Shown here in pieces: positions 1 through 13,920 of a stretch of 64,000 nt of DNA. Under the pieces are notes generated by a model. The model was not told the origin of the DNA and made no database searches. It saw only the letters and a list, made by a program, of their open reading frames with translations. Each line of letters begins with the position of its first letter. Position 1 is the stretch's first letter. The DNA lies in assembly GCA_028534125.1 (NCBI GenBank), contig CM052816.1, positions 72,604,001-72,668,000 of the forward strand. The letters run 5' to 3'. The DNA is from Lama glama. Its lineage: Eukaryota. A program made the position numbers and the translations under genes.

Positions 1-369
1 ATTATCACCAATCTTCAAGATCAGAATTTCCTGGATAATAATGGGTAATTAGAAAATGTATTTCATCATTTCTCCTCCCTAACTTAAGTAAATTTAAATT
101 CTTTGTCTGTAAGAAACATGCTTAAAGCACTTTAGACAACACAACACAAAACAAACCCTTGGCTCTTGGTGGTTTTTGCTACTTTCATAGTTTACAAACT
201 TCTGTAAAGATAAATTTATATTCACTTTCTCTCCCTTGTTTATCATTACACCTAAACCCTACATTACCTGACTTTCCATTTGAGTAATATCCTGGAAAAA
301 ACCAACCAACGAATCAAATAACACATCTTACAAATATCATTTAACTTGCTTGTTTCTAAATTTAGTAAA

Positions 370-1010
370 CACTTTCCAGACCTTATTTAACTGACCCTTA
401 TTGGTACTTGACGCTCGTTCTTGACTTCTCTGTCCCTCCCCTCCTTTGGTTATCTTCCTGCATCTCTGCCCACTGCTTCTGAAAGTCCCTGTCAAGCTCT
501 AACTCTTTGACCATTAGCTTAAATGTTGATTCTCAAAGTCTAGCTTCAAGGCCTCTTCTCTCCTCTGTACGCATGCTCCTTGGGAAACGTCATCCATTGC
601 CATGTGCTGAACTACCACTGCCTATATGCTAATGATTCTCTGATGTGTTCCAGCCCACAGTATATTCCTTAGCATCAGACCACATATCCAATGGCCTTTT
701 TAATTTATTGTGTTACCTTTGACCTGATGGCCAAAACTGTTCCTCATCTTATCTTTCCTTAAGGATGGAGTGATTAACATTCCTACTTATCCGTAAATCT
801 CAGTATTATCCTAGTTTCCTTCTTGTTCTTCCCTGGCACTCAGGCTTTGGTGCACAGGTGTGTACATGGGCATGTATACACCACACACACACACACACAC
901 ACGCACCAGACTTACTGTGCCTTACTCATTCTACCTCTTAAATAGCTCCTGAATCTGTCTCCGTCTCTCTACCATCACTGCCATGGATCGGGTCCTCTTC
1001 TCTCTTATTT
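370..1010 (+). mobile_element. L2 LINE relic (RT region)
   Basis: ctcttctctcctctgtac...catccattgccatg...ctatatgctaatgattct (decayed YADD motif)...ccagccc...atatccaatggcct resembles the L2 ORF2 consensus. Confidence 0.7.
882..902 (+). repeat. (CA)n microsatellite
   Basis: Seen directly. Confidence 0.95.
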
Positions 1011-1364
1011 TTCTGTTATGACTGGTCATTGGTTTTTAGTGTGGCTCCACTTCTGTCCTCCAAACCAACACTATGTTGTGCCTACCACATTTTGGTTGTT
1101 TGTGAGCATACATACAATGGTCTATCGTGTGTCTGTATTTTTTTCACATTTCCCCAACTATTTAATATGTGTTTAAGGACAAAACCAAAATTAAAAGCTA
1201 AATAGAGAGCTTGATCTAGTTATCTATTCTTTGGAGTTAGGCAGAGAAATAGTGCTGGGTTACAGAATTAAACTAGAGATAATAAACCAGAGCCAGATAA
1301 TTTGTAATGAAATTCAAGAGGCAGGGCTCTGGAGAAATTTCTCTGAAACTCCACAGCTATGCAA

Positions 1365-1660
1365 TTCAATTTAATATGGATTTACTAATCACCTACTGTG
1401 TACCAGCCACGAAGCTTGACCCAGGATAGAGCACTGATGAAGGCAGACATGACTTGTTTTTTTCTGAGCTTACAGTCTTGTGTGAAAGACATGCATTAAG
1501 TGAGTAATGAGAGATGATCACTGTAAAAAGGAAAACTTCGGGGTCATATATGGAAGGATGGGGCTAGGGGTTTACTCTAATCCAGGGGGTTAGGAAAAGC
1601 CTCCGTGAAAATATGACAGTCGAACTTAGAATTTGAAGACAAAAAGGAACTAGTGAGGTA
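1365..1660 (-). mobile_element. L2 3' end relic
   Basis: tttactaatcacctactgtgtaccagcc...gagcttacagtct is the antisense L2 3' end pattern. Confidence 0.65.
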
Positions 1661-1771
1661 AACTGGTAGTTTCAGATGTGAATGAGACTAGAACTACAAA
1701 CATGATAAATAACTCTTGTAAAGAAGCAACTGCTGATAACATTTGAGTTGTTTTCTACCAGTATTAATTGG

Positions 1772-1816
1772 GTAGATAAGATAGGCTGATGATAGATAGA
1801 TAGATAGGTAGGTAGA
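1772..1816 (+). repeat. Degenerate (GATA/GGTA)n microsatellite
   Basis: gatagatagatagataggtaggtaga. Confidence 0.85.
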
Positions 1817-3637
1817 CAATAGTTATGTCTCTTAAGGAAAACACTGCATATTTATTTTTTATAATGTGTCATTATAGCCTTTGCCCAGTTACCCTCTGGC
1901 ATTGATTGTATTTGAAAATACTCCCATTCAAGGCTAAGGTTTCCCACAAATCTTTCAACACATAAATGTCCATTCTTTTAGTCTGTATTCTTTTAAAATT
2001 TATTTATAATTCATATTCCATTATCCTGAGACTGCATACATTTTCTGATTATTTTAGCCATTCTATTTTTTTTTTTCAAATTCCTTCCTGAGCATTTATG
2101 TCTTCTACCTCCTTTTGGTTCTGATCCCCCTCCTCTACCATTTATATGAGTAACCTGATAATGTCTTGTTCCAAGACAGGCTCCAAACATGTCTTACTCC
2201 AAACATGGTAAAATTCTTCGTCTGACTTCCTTATAGAGAAGCAGGAATCATAAAATATTTTAATAGTGCAATTATGGTTTTCCTTTATTTTACTTAATAT
2301 ACCTTTAAAAATATCTGAATAATAAATAGAACTATATAGGTTTATATAGACTTGCCTGTGCGTGCACATGTGTGTGTGTATGTATTTTTCTAGAGCAAGT
2401 TACATCAGTATTACTCTATATAATGATAAGATGCATGTTAAAAATATGATAGTTTTTCTGAAGTCTTCATAGGCAGTCTGACTGATACTCATGATGACAA
2501 AGCAGATTATATTGGAAAAGCTAGGCGATAAAATGTATGTGAAGGTTTAAATAAAGTAGTACCTCAAACAAATCTAGGAATGAAGCTTGTGTGTATCAAG
2601 TCCAGCCGTGTCAGTATACTCACATATTCACATTCATGCACATACATACTTTATAAATTGTGTGAAGCGGGGAAGCCCACGCACAGTTGCAGTGGAGAGG
2701 TCCCCACTTGTCTTGATCTATTTAATGACCAACAGGGCTGAGTCTGGGCAAAGTTGTGAAGCACGAATAATCTGTGGTCTGCTCATCAGCCTTTTCCTAC
2801 AGCATTTTCCCTTTTCACTCTTGAGCCTGTTTCCCATTAAAACAGAAAAGTATCTGACATCAACCACTATTAATGATATCCAAAGTGTATACTAACTGAG
2901 GTGACTTTATCCTATTTTTGTACTTATATTTTTATATCTAATGCTGGAAGAGAAATTGTTCACAGTGGAAAGAAGTGAGCAAATTACTTGGATGCAGGCA
3001 GGTGATGGGAGCTGTGCAGAGATGACCCTTAAATCATATTAGGCTTACTTGGTTCTTCCTGAAGCTAAAGCTGATTTAATGCTTTGGGATGATCCAGGGA
3101 AAGGTCAGAAAATACAGTCGACTATAACATATGGGGCTGAGGTTGAAGAACGTAAATTTGTAATACCGTCCTTGGCATGGTGGTATGATTTTTCTAGAAC
3201 AGTTCTGCATCTCTGTGTATGCAGAGAGAATTCACATCATAGCCTAGATCCACATTTGGGTTTGGCTGGTGGATGCATTTGAATGAAGGATCACTGGTGA
3301 CCCAATGGGCTAGAGAATGAATGCTCTCAGTGACCCACTGTGAGGTCCAGGGTGTGTGGGAGAGGAACAGCCAAAAAACGTTTGAATGAATGAGTAAAAG
3401 ACATAATGTAACTAGCAAATAGAAAGAAAGAGAGGACTTGGCTGGCCTAAGATATCTTAAGGGGCTGACGTTGATTTCATGCCATATCTGAATTAGGAGC
3501 AAAGCTAATATCAGACTAGGTGTTTCAGGAGTGTGGCAAATTATCTGGAAGTATGTGGCAATAGGTCTCTCCCAAGATACATCTTATAAAATTCAGAGTA
3601 GTAGTGAGGGTCCTGGTTCCAGAAGGGTTAGTGAATC

Positions 3638-3908
3638 AAATTTTCCAGGAAATTATATTGCCATTTATTTATATGTTCCAAGTAATAATAATTGGTTAGC
3701 AATTCTGAAGTTATGTGCTACCCACACACAACAGGCAGTAGGTGCTTTTATATCTGGACATTTCTTATTGAAAATTTTCCAGGAAATTATATTGCCACTT
3801 ATTTATATGTTCCAAGTAATAATAATTGGTTAGCAATTCTGAAGTTATGTGCTACCCACACACAACAGGCAGTAGGTGCTTTTATATCCGGACATTTCTT
3901 ACTGAAAA
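3638..3908. repeat. 134-bp tandem duplication (2 copies)
   Basis: 3638-3771 and 3772-3905 are identical except for 3 T/C differences. Confidence 0.97.
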
Positions 3909-5019
3909 CGCATTCCATTCATTCTGTACTTTATTTTAAAACCCCAAATATTTTTAATTGTACTCTTAACATATGTTAATGAAACATTGAATTTTCATGA
4001 TATTAAAGAATCTTGTCAATTTAAACATAATTTTCTGATTTATGTGTAATGCCTAAATACACCTATGATAATTTTAAATTAATTCTAAGAGATGGAAGAA
4101 GACACAAAAGTTAAGTTGTATCACATAAAAATGCATTACTGTTAGTCCTGGTATATGTCACATAATAAATATTCTCTGTTTCATCCTTACAAAACTTTGT
4201 TAGGGTTCGTAACATGTTTAACATAAAATTATGAGCAAATGTGCTAAATTATGTAGATAGAAGATAATCAGTGAAGAAATACATTCTTTGTAGAATGTAC
4301 ATTTTCCTCTTTTCATTCATTATTTTATTGAGCAGTCTTAATAATTGCATCCTCAGAGAGTTCTGTGGCACTTAAAAATATAGACCTCTAAGTTTTCCTT
4401 ATAAAATTGTTTTAAATGACTAGATTCTCACGGGAGGCATTTAAACATTTTTGCGTATTCATCCCAAAGAGCTAATTTACATAATTCATAACAAGTAGCT
4501 TAATTTCAGGTAGATTTGTGTATATGTGTAGACTAAAAGTCAATGAAAATTAACATTTTAATATTAAAATTTAAAGCATAACTATTTTATGGAAAGCTTA
4601 GTATAATACCTAAAATGCTTTCATTTATTATTCAAATGTCCTAGTCTGTTATTTCATCAAAGAGAAAAGCATTATTTTGCCCTAAACATTAAAAGAAAAA
4701 TTACTGAAAATGTGAAAATAAATAATGGGAAGTAACTTGGGGAAATATGTATGTTCAGACTTGAAACTGTGAGTAATGGAATAAAAGCTAGGACCAGAAT
4801 GATTCTGCTGTGCCTTTCTTGTGGTAGAAAGCATAAGGTCAAATTTGTGACGGTTGCTTAGGAGTCTATTTTAGAATGTCTTATCAGCTGATTGTAGCTA
4901 TAGAAAACTTTATTTGAAGACAAACATGTTTCTCTATCACCTCTAACCTCCCACTTGTGATGCTGATATAAGCAAAGAATTGTGCTGCTTGAAAAAGCCA
5001 CTAATGACTAGGGATGGTT

Positions 5020-5862
5020 GGTGGAATTTAAAAAGATAACCTAAAGAGCTCCCGGTGTCCAAAGATGGAACAAATTGAGCAACTAAATAAGTAAAGTAGT
5101 ACTGAATTATAACCCAAAGTTTAAAATAAATATCCATGAGTCCATTTTGATGTAAATAAATGACTGAATCAATCGATAAATGGAGAAGAGACAAATCTCC
5201 CATGTCAAAGAGTTCCAAATTATTTATATAGCTACTCATCCCTAAAGGAAGTGCGCTGTAACTCCCCGTTCTTTCCTTGTGTGCTGTTAGTAGTGACTTT
5301 TTTCAAAATAAGAGTGGAAACAGGAGTAACTTTACAGTTGAGAAACCTGACCAACACTACTAGCTAGATGATCAAGATTAACAGAGGTAAATTATGTTAC
5401 TGGTTACATACTCTTGAACATGATGTGGTTTCTGTCTCTGGTCTCCCTTCCCCAAACCCATAATTCCAGTTTAATCATGAGAAAAACATCAGACAAATCT
5501 TGATATTGAGGGGTATTTTATAAAATATCTGACCTGAACTCTCCCCAAATACCAAGTCATCAAAATCAAGAATAGACTGAGAAACTCCCACAACCAAGAG
5601 GAGCTGAGACATGACAGGTAAGCTGTAATGTGATATCCTGGATGCAATCCTGGGACAGGAGAAGGACATTAGGTAAAAAATAGGGACATCTGAATAAAGT
5701 AGGAGTTTGGATAATAATTTACCAACATTGGTTCATTCCTTAGACTAATATAAGATGTGAAAATAAGGGTATGAGGTTAAAGAGAATTCTGTAACTGTCT
5801 TTGTAATTTTCTGTAAATTTAAAACTATTCTGAAACAAAGCTTATTAAAAAAAAAAAAAAAA
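5020..5862 (+). mobile_element. L1MC-type LINE-1 3' UTR with poly(A) tail
   Basis: ataacccaaagtttaaaataaatatccatgagtcc...gagaaaacatcagacaaatc...ctgtaaatttaaaactattctgaaac, then an A16 run at 5847-5862. Confidence 0.8.
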
Positions 5863-7089
5863 GGACAATCAAGGCAGCTTTTTAACACCAGAGATTCAGA
5901 GAACATAGGAAAAGCTACAAGCCTCCCTAATTTCAAAAATGCTGTTCTTTTGTATAACATTTTTCTCAATTTTTTTCATGACACCATTTATATTTCCGAA
6001 CTGTTTAATATGACAATCTTCTGTTCCAAACAATTAGACCAGAAGCAGATACTTACAGGCAAAATAAATCTCCTTACTCTAGTCAGATATTTTGACCTGT
6101 GTCTCTAACCAGTTTTTAATTACTTTATGGAATTCAATTCTTTTGTTTCACACTGAATTGGTAATATATTTACTTGTTATGTCTGCAAAGGAATGCTAGT
6201 GATCTGCCTGTGAATTCTAGTAATACACTTAGTTTAGAGAGGTGTTCTCTGAAAACACACTATGATCAGTTGGGCTTACTGTGTCTAGGGAAGGTTTTAC
6301 CATCATTTCCAGCTTTTGAAATCCATTATCATGATGTTAATAATAACATTAAAAAAGCCAAAATTCTGTAGATGTGTATAAAATAACACCTAGCATTTTC
6401 TGTACAAATACACTAATAATTCAAGTAGCCATTGTCTGTGCACAGTAGATAATGTGGCGTGATAGGATGATCACATGTAGTTTGAAGCTTGAGGCACAAG
6501 CCTAGTGACCCACAGTTCTTCGGTGTTTTATGACTGGTCAAGTGCATTCCAATAGTCAAACCAATTTATACAGCTAGACGTAATATTGGATTACATATAT
6601 TCCACAAGGATCTTTCTCTTACTCTTTCTTTCCCCTCCTCCCATTTCCCCATGACACTTTTGAAATTCAGGAGAAAAAACATTTTAAAATACAGGCTTTA
6701 ACTGAAGTATTTTGACTCTCAGCATAAACATCTTTCTTATATGGATTACAAATTTTAAACCAGCTAAGAAAAGATGTTTTATCTCCTAAGTCAGATTTAA
6801 GGACTTTGCAAAAAGAAAATCCTTGAGTGTAACAATAGCAGGTTCTCTGCTACCTCTGACTTACTTATTGGTAACTCAGAACTGAAACCATGCCAGTCTC
6901 AAGACACAGTCTTAATACTGAACTAATGTGTATAGTGGAACATTTCATTCAAAGTTTTACTATTGAAGGTGAATATATTGAATTGAATAATTATGTGACA
7001 ATCGCAGTTGAGTCCATCTCCATAACTTTTTTCTGTGTGGTAGTTAGCAAAGAATATTACACTAATCAAAATTTACTCAACTTCTAAGC

Positions 7090-7450
7090 AATGAGTTATA
7101 ATTATATATCACCATGTTTGAGGTGCTGAAATAGATTCAAAGAGTTAGTCATAAATCTTGCTCTCAAGGGCCTTATCATTTAATGGAGAAGGGAAGATTG
7201 AAGGCTGTAGAACTTATATAAGGCATTTTAATATTTTATCATACATATTATTTGATAATCTATTGCATATTGGAAATGGTTTTCTGGTAGTAAACAAGGG
7301 TTAAAAGAACAGATTAATTACTTAAAACTTGGAAGTTCCAGAGAGTTAATGAAGGGAGGTGGCATTTAAGCTGGACCTTGACAAGAGGTGGGATTTCGGT
7401 GGTGGAAACAGAGAGGAGAGAACAGGAGTTTTAAGCACATGGTACGACGT
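7090..7450 (-). mobile_element. L2 relic
   Basis: aggtgctgaaatag...cttgctctcaagggccttatcatttaatggag...gggaggtggcatttaagctggaccttga. Confidence 0.55.
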
Positions 7451-8689
7451 GAGTGATCACAACAGAACAGAAGGAAAAAGTAGTGGGAGATAGCAAGGAA
7501 GGTATATGGAAAATACATTTTTCTCAAAAGTGACTGAGGAATGGGTTTGGGTTTTCTGACTGAGAATGCATTTAATTAATGTTTTAAGCACATGTGTTGC
7601 CATTTTCCAAGGAATTGAAGGACTTAGTGTTACATTAAGAACAATTCGTATGATGACAAATGTAACTTAGGGTAATTAAGTTTCTTTATCATCCATATGT
7701 ATCAGTTACTCTTGTAAAGTGAGATTAAGGAGTATTTATTTGATCTATTTTGTCATGTACAGTTTACTTGGCATTTTTCCAATAAAAGCTAATTTTTGGG
7801 GGGAGGAGGAGATCTCCTTCTTAATAAGTGCATTGTAATTAATTATGTTGTAGGATTTTGTGATTATATATGTTGCTTATATCCTTTGAAAAATAGGCAT
7901 TAAAAGGAGGATTTACTCATTTTCTGAAAAAAAAAATGAGACTTTTTTTCCCAGGTGATAAATCCTGGGGTAAAAGAGCTTATGCTGAGTATAGATCAAA
8001 CATTAGAGAAATTTGCAGATTAGACTATAGTAAAAATGGAGGCTTCCTTGGATTTCAGTAGTGTGGGGACCTGACCGTTTAACAAAGTAGCCCTGTTCAA
8101 ATACATGGTCCGGATTTATATCATATTCTAATGGAAGCTGATTCCCTGTTAGCAGTCTTCACCTGCATCTCTCCAGGAACATGGTCTTTGGGAGCAGTAT
8201 TTTAAAGAAGCCAAAGAAGCCCAGGGCCTGCACTAGGAACTGAAGTTCTCTCCTCGTTTCCATGGTTTGGCTCAAAAATAAGTAGAATGTGTTAGATTTA
8301 GAATGTTTCAATTAACTTGTTTTTTCAGGAAGAAACAAGTTTTGATAAAGCATAATTTGAAGATTCAGGGAATTTTGTTTTTTGGCTCTGTGTTCCTAAA
8401 TTTGCCTTTCCTCCTTTTCTTTCAGTCTGTGTGGACTGAACATACCGCATCTATGATCAGAGCAAATTTCTTCCCCTTTGGTCTATATCTCGTGGCTCCC
8501 CTCATCCACAGCTATATTTCCCTTGTGTTTACTCTTCATATTCATTTTCTATTAGTTTCTATACAATCAGCTTTCAAATGTGATCAGATTTCTCCTAGTC
8601 TTGAAAAACAGTAAACAAATATACACCTCCCCTCACTCCAGTCACAGAGGGAGATTTCTTTAAATAAATAAAAGAATAGGCAATTGGTA

Positions 8690-9500
8690 ATTTGTTCTTC
8701 ATAATACCTTACTACCATTGCTTTTGTAATGGTATCTTATCTTTGCATGATTAATCCAAAACGTTATCTCCATCTTTATGTTTCTCAAATCTTGAGCATC
8801 ATTCCTTGTGCCTGTTTCCTAGTTTTATCTGTGCTTCTCCAACCTTGAACTTTCTGCTCTCTGTACTTAAACTCTGTTCCTTTATTCCCCCTACACTCAC
8901 TACTCATCAACTGTACTCACATGAGTCCTAAACCAGCACTTCTGCTCCTGACTGACAGTCCTCTTACTCTTTAGACTATTTTTTTTCCAACTGAAACAGA
9001 CTATTTTTACAGAGTGTTCTTCCAGCCTCCTCAAAATGAACATGTCCACATGTAAGTGAAATCTGACCAAAAACTAGATCTTCCCAGTTATTCACTTCAA
9101 TACTTGGCATCACCTTTAAAACCTTTATTCCATGTCCTCCAGTTGAAATCTTCGTATCAGCTTCCCTTTCCTTCCTTCCATTTCTGCACTAGGTAACGTC
9201 AGAAGAGGAACATTTTTCCTCTTTCTCTTTTGTTCCCACTGTCTCCAATCAAGTTATTCACTCATCATCCTCATCACCTCCTACTACCATAACGTACTTC
9301 TTACTGAACTTGCTTTTCATTTCGATTTATCATTTACATTGTTTTCACTGCAATTTTCCAAAAGAAAAAAGTCATAATTCATTATGCCACTGTTATTGGA
9401 GAATTTCCAAACCTTCCTGTTGTATTCTATGCTGACTCCAAATTCTTTTGGCTACTTTTAAATTCCTTTCTGATGGAACTCCATTGTACCTATTCTCTCT
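8690..9500 (+). mobile_element. Highly diverged L2 relic
   Basis: Pyrimidine-rich L2-like blocks such as cctcctcaaaatgaacatgtcca and ttggcatcacc. Confidence 0.5.
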
Positions 9501-10294
9501 ATTTCTGATTTCTTTTCAGAATTTCTGGAATTTCCAGAACTTCTCTTTTGCTCTGCAAGGACTGATTTCGGCCCAGCCTTTCAAATATTTCCACACTTCT
9601 TTACATACTGGCATATTTGATTCCCTTGGCCCCTTTCCTTTTGTCTGTCCAAATCCCACGTGTCAGATCTAGCTTTATCAGCCCATTCTCTCTCTGTTTC
9701 AGGCAGGTGTGTCCATTTTTTGTTTGTCTTCAACTGAATTTTCAAGAATTCATCGCAAAGCATGGTAGTAATTATTGGCTGGGTCTAGGAAGGTTAGCCA
9801 GCTGTTAAGATCAATTATCCAGTTATTCACACTCATTTCATAACTCATTTTACTTCTTTGCATGTGATTGTTTAACTTGCATCACTGCTCATAACCCTCT
9901 TTTTGGGTGAAGAACTAAAGCGTGCACAGGAAGATGAATGTAGTCTTTATACACATTTAACATGAAAACATTAAACCTTCGGAAAAATTTAGATGATCCA
10001 TATGCACATTTACAAGATTTGGCTGATACAGTAGCTATTGAAGTGCCTATAGTAGCACGTATTAGAGATTATAATTTCAGGCCAAAGATCCTCGTGCACA
10101 ATTTGTAATAATTCAATTAATTTTTAAAGTCAGGCTTCTACAGTTTGAGCTCAAGTTTTTCAGTGAAGACAGTAGTTCTTCTTAACTCTCATGTGTAGGC
10201 AGAGAACAATAGCATTATCAATAACCAAAACTATCTTCATTTACCTTGATGCAATCTACATCCTAACTGAATGATGATTTTCCAAGGCTTGCCG

Positions 10295-10700
10295 GGTAAT
10301 TCATTAATTACATCAATGCAGCAAATGTATTTGGAGCACCTGCTATCTGCCAGGAATCCGTCAGATGCTGGAGCTGTAGTCTCTATATTTACTCACTCCG
10401 GGCCTTTCCTGATTCTTTTTTTTTCCCATCCAAACAGCTCTCTTTAGCCCCGACATCATCTTCACTTATCAAAATCCCTGTATCAGCTAAATGTCACTTC
10501 TCTGCAGCTTCTTCCAGTCCCCTGAACTAACTAGTTTCCCTTCCTCCTCAGCTTCCAAAGTGCTTTGTTTATGGTTGTATTAATTGTCATCCACATTGAT
10601 CATGCTGTACCTTTATTTTAGTCATTTCATATATCCTACTTATGCTTTTCATGGTGTCTTGCAAAGTATAAAAGATCAAAAATTTTATTGAATTGAAATA
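10295..10700. mobile_element. Two adjacent L2 3' fragments in opposite orientation
   Basis: Antisense caaatgtatttggagcacctgctatctgccagg at about 10320-10380, and sense cagctaaatgtcacttctctgcag...ttttattgaattgaa at about 10400-10700. Confidence 0.55.
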
Positions 10701-11059
10701 AAATGTTGTTGGATTGAAGTCAGAATATGCCACTACTAATACTATATTTAGGTGAATTATTCAGACATACCATTTCACACTGATCAGTATAATTGCATGA
10801 TGACTTCTCCCTTGGTTTTAGGTTATTGAAATCTAGCCTGATGACAGACTTAAGCAAATATGTATTTATTCCTAAAAGTGAATTGTATAAGTTATTCAAT
10901 TTTCATTTTAGAAAAACTTTACTATCAGAATGGTACGAATGGTGCAAATAAATGACACAGCAATATATTAATTGTTAAGACCTGTAAAGAGATATAAGAG
11001 CTAAATTTATATAATTCTCTTGGATTAGTCACTCCACCATTCTTGGAAAGATATTTCTT

Positions 11060-11560
11060 TGTTCTCTCCATGCCAAGCCACTGTCTCCTTCTCACAGAGA
11101 TTCCATCTCAGCCTCATTTCCTGGTTCATATTCTTGTTTCATGAGAATGGACTTGGCTTATGACCATCACTTTAGCTCTTTCCTCCTTCCTGTCTTTAAT
11201 TTCTTCCTTTAAGGACTTATGCTCTCCCATGGTTTCAATTTTCAAATCTGCACATAAGACTCTTAAAGTTGTTTCCCCAGCCATGGCATCCCTTCTGAGT
11301 GCTAGAATATTACAGTCCAGCTGTCGTCTGTCATGTGAACATGACCCATATTCAGTACATTACTCCAAAACTGGACTTGTAATCTTCCCCACACCCACTC
11401 CCAAGACTTGCATATTATCATTTTCTGGTTTCTCTACCATAAGACACGGGAGTTTATCTGACCCCTTAAACTTCCTTCTCCCCAAATCCAGGCAGTCCTG
11501 CATCTTACTTTTCCCTCACAAGGATTCTTAACTCTGTCTTTTCTCTGCCTTCCCAAAGTT
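11060..11560 (+). mobile_element. L2 relic (RT region)
   Basis: ctcccatggtttcaattttcaaatctgcacataagactct...ccccagcc...tccagctgtc. Confidence 0.6.
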
Positions 11561-11639
11561 AGTTGTCATATTAAATTTCTTAAAACATTACTTCAGTTCT
11601 CTCAGTTTCTTGCTCTGATATACAGATAACTCTTACAAA

Positions 11640-11820
11640 ATAAAGCTCTTAGATTTGAGAAGCTTGTTGGGGCCCATCTAGGTTCGCTTTCTACAGGGAG
11701 GATGATAGAGACCCACAGTGAGGGGATTTCCTCAAGATTATAAGGTCTAGATAATGTTAAATATGAGAATTTCAGCATTTCTGCACAATCTAGTCTTCTT
11801 TCTGCTATGTCATACTGCTT
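11640..11820 (-). mobile_element. MIR/MIR3 relic
   Basis: cccatctagg...ctacagggaggatgatagagacccacagtgagggg...ctcaagatta. Confidence 0.5.
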
Positions 11821-12344
11821 ATTCTTAAGTAGTTTTTTTTCTAACCAATAAATTGATTTTGGTCAATGATAATCAAAAATACAGCTGACAACAAGATAAT
11901 AACAAACAGACCACTGTTTCTGGCTTGGAGTCATAACTATTATTTTTCTATAAAATTGTTTTAAAGGAAAGAGCAATTAAGTTGGAAAATATTAAAGCAA
12001 AAAGCCAGCATTATGCTTATTAAGTAAGACTCCTGTTACTCAATAGAATGCTTGTCTGCTAATATCCATAAAGGTTGGAATTTAATAAATGGATATCATC
12101 TAAGTCCAAATTATGGATCTACTATCTAGGATGCATTTTCAGTAGAACATATTTGGAGTGGAGCCAGAGGGAAACACATAATTTTGCATTTGTGACTATC
12201 TATTTTGATAATTAATACTAATTATTTTTCATTAAGTCATGCATACATATAAGGAAAATTTTGCTATGGCAGTGGCATAAACAATATTGCTTTTCTGTGC
12301 AAAAGTACAAATAAATACAGATTAAAATAAATATGATGCATGAT

Positions 12345-12570
12345 GTTAGACTTGGAAGAATAATCCTGGGTTGGTTACCAGAAGACCTGGCTTTCAGTCT
12401 CAGATGCCACTAACTAGTTAAGTGACATTGTCTAAGTCAAATACCATTTTGTTTCAGATTTCTCATCTGTAAATATAGAACTAATAAAACATTCTTTGTG
12501 TGTCTCACTAAACTGTTGAGTAAATACAATGAAAATGATTATTGTGAAAATACTTTGTGAATACTAAATT
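12345..12570 (+). mobile_element. MIR SINE
   Basis: cagaagacctggctttcagtctcagatgccactaactag...gtttcagatttctcatctgtaaa (MIR core). Confidence 0.8.
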
Positions 12571-13639
12571 GATTTATAGCGATTGGGAAATAGCTGGTGT
12601 CTGACAAACTCCTACAATGTCATCATAGTTTGACAGCCAATTTGAAAGATAACAAAGTAGTGCTGTGGAGTTGGTTCACCTTCCTAGTATTAGTTACTAG
12701 AATTTCATCAAGTTATAATTCAGAGTATCCTAGAATGTTTGGGTGGATAACTCACAAAATGTTTCATGTTGATGCTGGGCATGATATTTTTTCAATGCAT
12801 TGTTTTACAATTTAATGTGGCATAAACTTGTTAAGGGCATCAGTCTCTCAGTCTCTACTAATATGTTTTCCAGTATGCTTGACACTGCACTAGTGCTTAA
12901 GATGCCTCAACTCATTGTTATTTTTCTTGGAATTTTTTTAGAACACTCAGTAGTTTTCAGTGTGAAGGGGTTTGTCATTCTAAAATAATATCTTACATTC
13001 ATTTAAAATCTGACGTACAACTTCCACTAGAAGAAGGAGTAGTATAAGACAAACAGGTATTAAAAATTTTTTTCCCTTGTGTGTTTGTTTTGCAGCAAGC
13101 GATGTGAGAATGACGGTTTCTGCTCGCCAGAACCATCATGGGTCTCTGGACAGATTGTAGGCCAAACAAGCCTTGAGTTCTGATCTCAAAACAGACCACT
13201 AGGTAACCTCAGAGGCCCATGATGTTTGAAAGATATTCCTCTGAATATTCTTACTGTGCCCCGCTGTGGCTCATTTCTTGGAAGCTGTTGGGGTCTGTAA
13301 GACTAGGCAATGTGAGTCCCATGGCTCCTCCGCTACCCTCTTCTATATTGGTTAAATTAAGACCTTGTTTACTTTCAAGAATGTGTGGAATCTGTTCACA
13401 TTTCATCAGAGTTTCAGTCTAGCCAAGTTTTATGTTTTCAGCTTTTTGAGTCTTTCCTCACAAGTAAGGCTTTCCATTTCTTTAATCATCATTCCCCCCT
13501 TATTCTTTTTTGGCCATCTTCTAGCTTGTTCACATTTTTATGATATTAAAGTGTTCAAAACAGAATAAAATATTCAAGAGACAGATACTTGTAGACTGAA
13601 ATTCCAATATGGTTCCTTTACTTCTTAAAGCCTTGAGTA

Positions 13640-13920
13640 TTCATGCATTCATTTATTCAGTAGATGTTTAGGTAGTTCACTGTAGTGCAGGCGCTGTGTT
13701 AGACAACGGGGGTGTGATGCAAAACAGAAACAGATATGGTTCCTGACCATGGTACGTCCACTATAGTTGGAGAAAAATAGACCTTAGAAAAATTGTCCAC
13801 ACACCTATAAAAATACAAAGCATTTTTTGTATGTGAAGGAAAAAAGCCAAAGTACTTAGGGACTGTATGACTGGGACACCTGGCCAAGCCTGGAGGTAAT
13901 TTCTTCATTCAGTCTGTGAA
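13640..13920 (-). mobile_element. L2 3' end relic
   Basis: attcatgcattcatttattcagtagatgttta...gtgcaggcgctgtgttagac...gtccactatagttggag. Confidence 0.65.

Noticed and set aside
3531..3979. Two ORFs sharing a peptide (apparent paralogues)
   Set aside because: Produced by the 134-bp duplication; non-ATG starts and no recognisable protein.
7110..7130. Second RE1-like site (minus TTCAGCACCTCAAACATGG)
   Set aside because: Only the left half-site matches; GGACAG is lost and the site lies in an L2 relic.
9522..9539. Palindrome ttctggaatttccagaa as a heat-shock or STAT element
   Set aside because: The spacing fits neither nGAAnnTTCn arrays nor TTCN3GAA.
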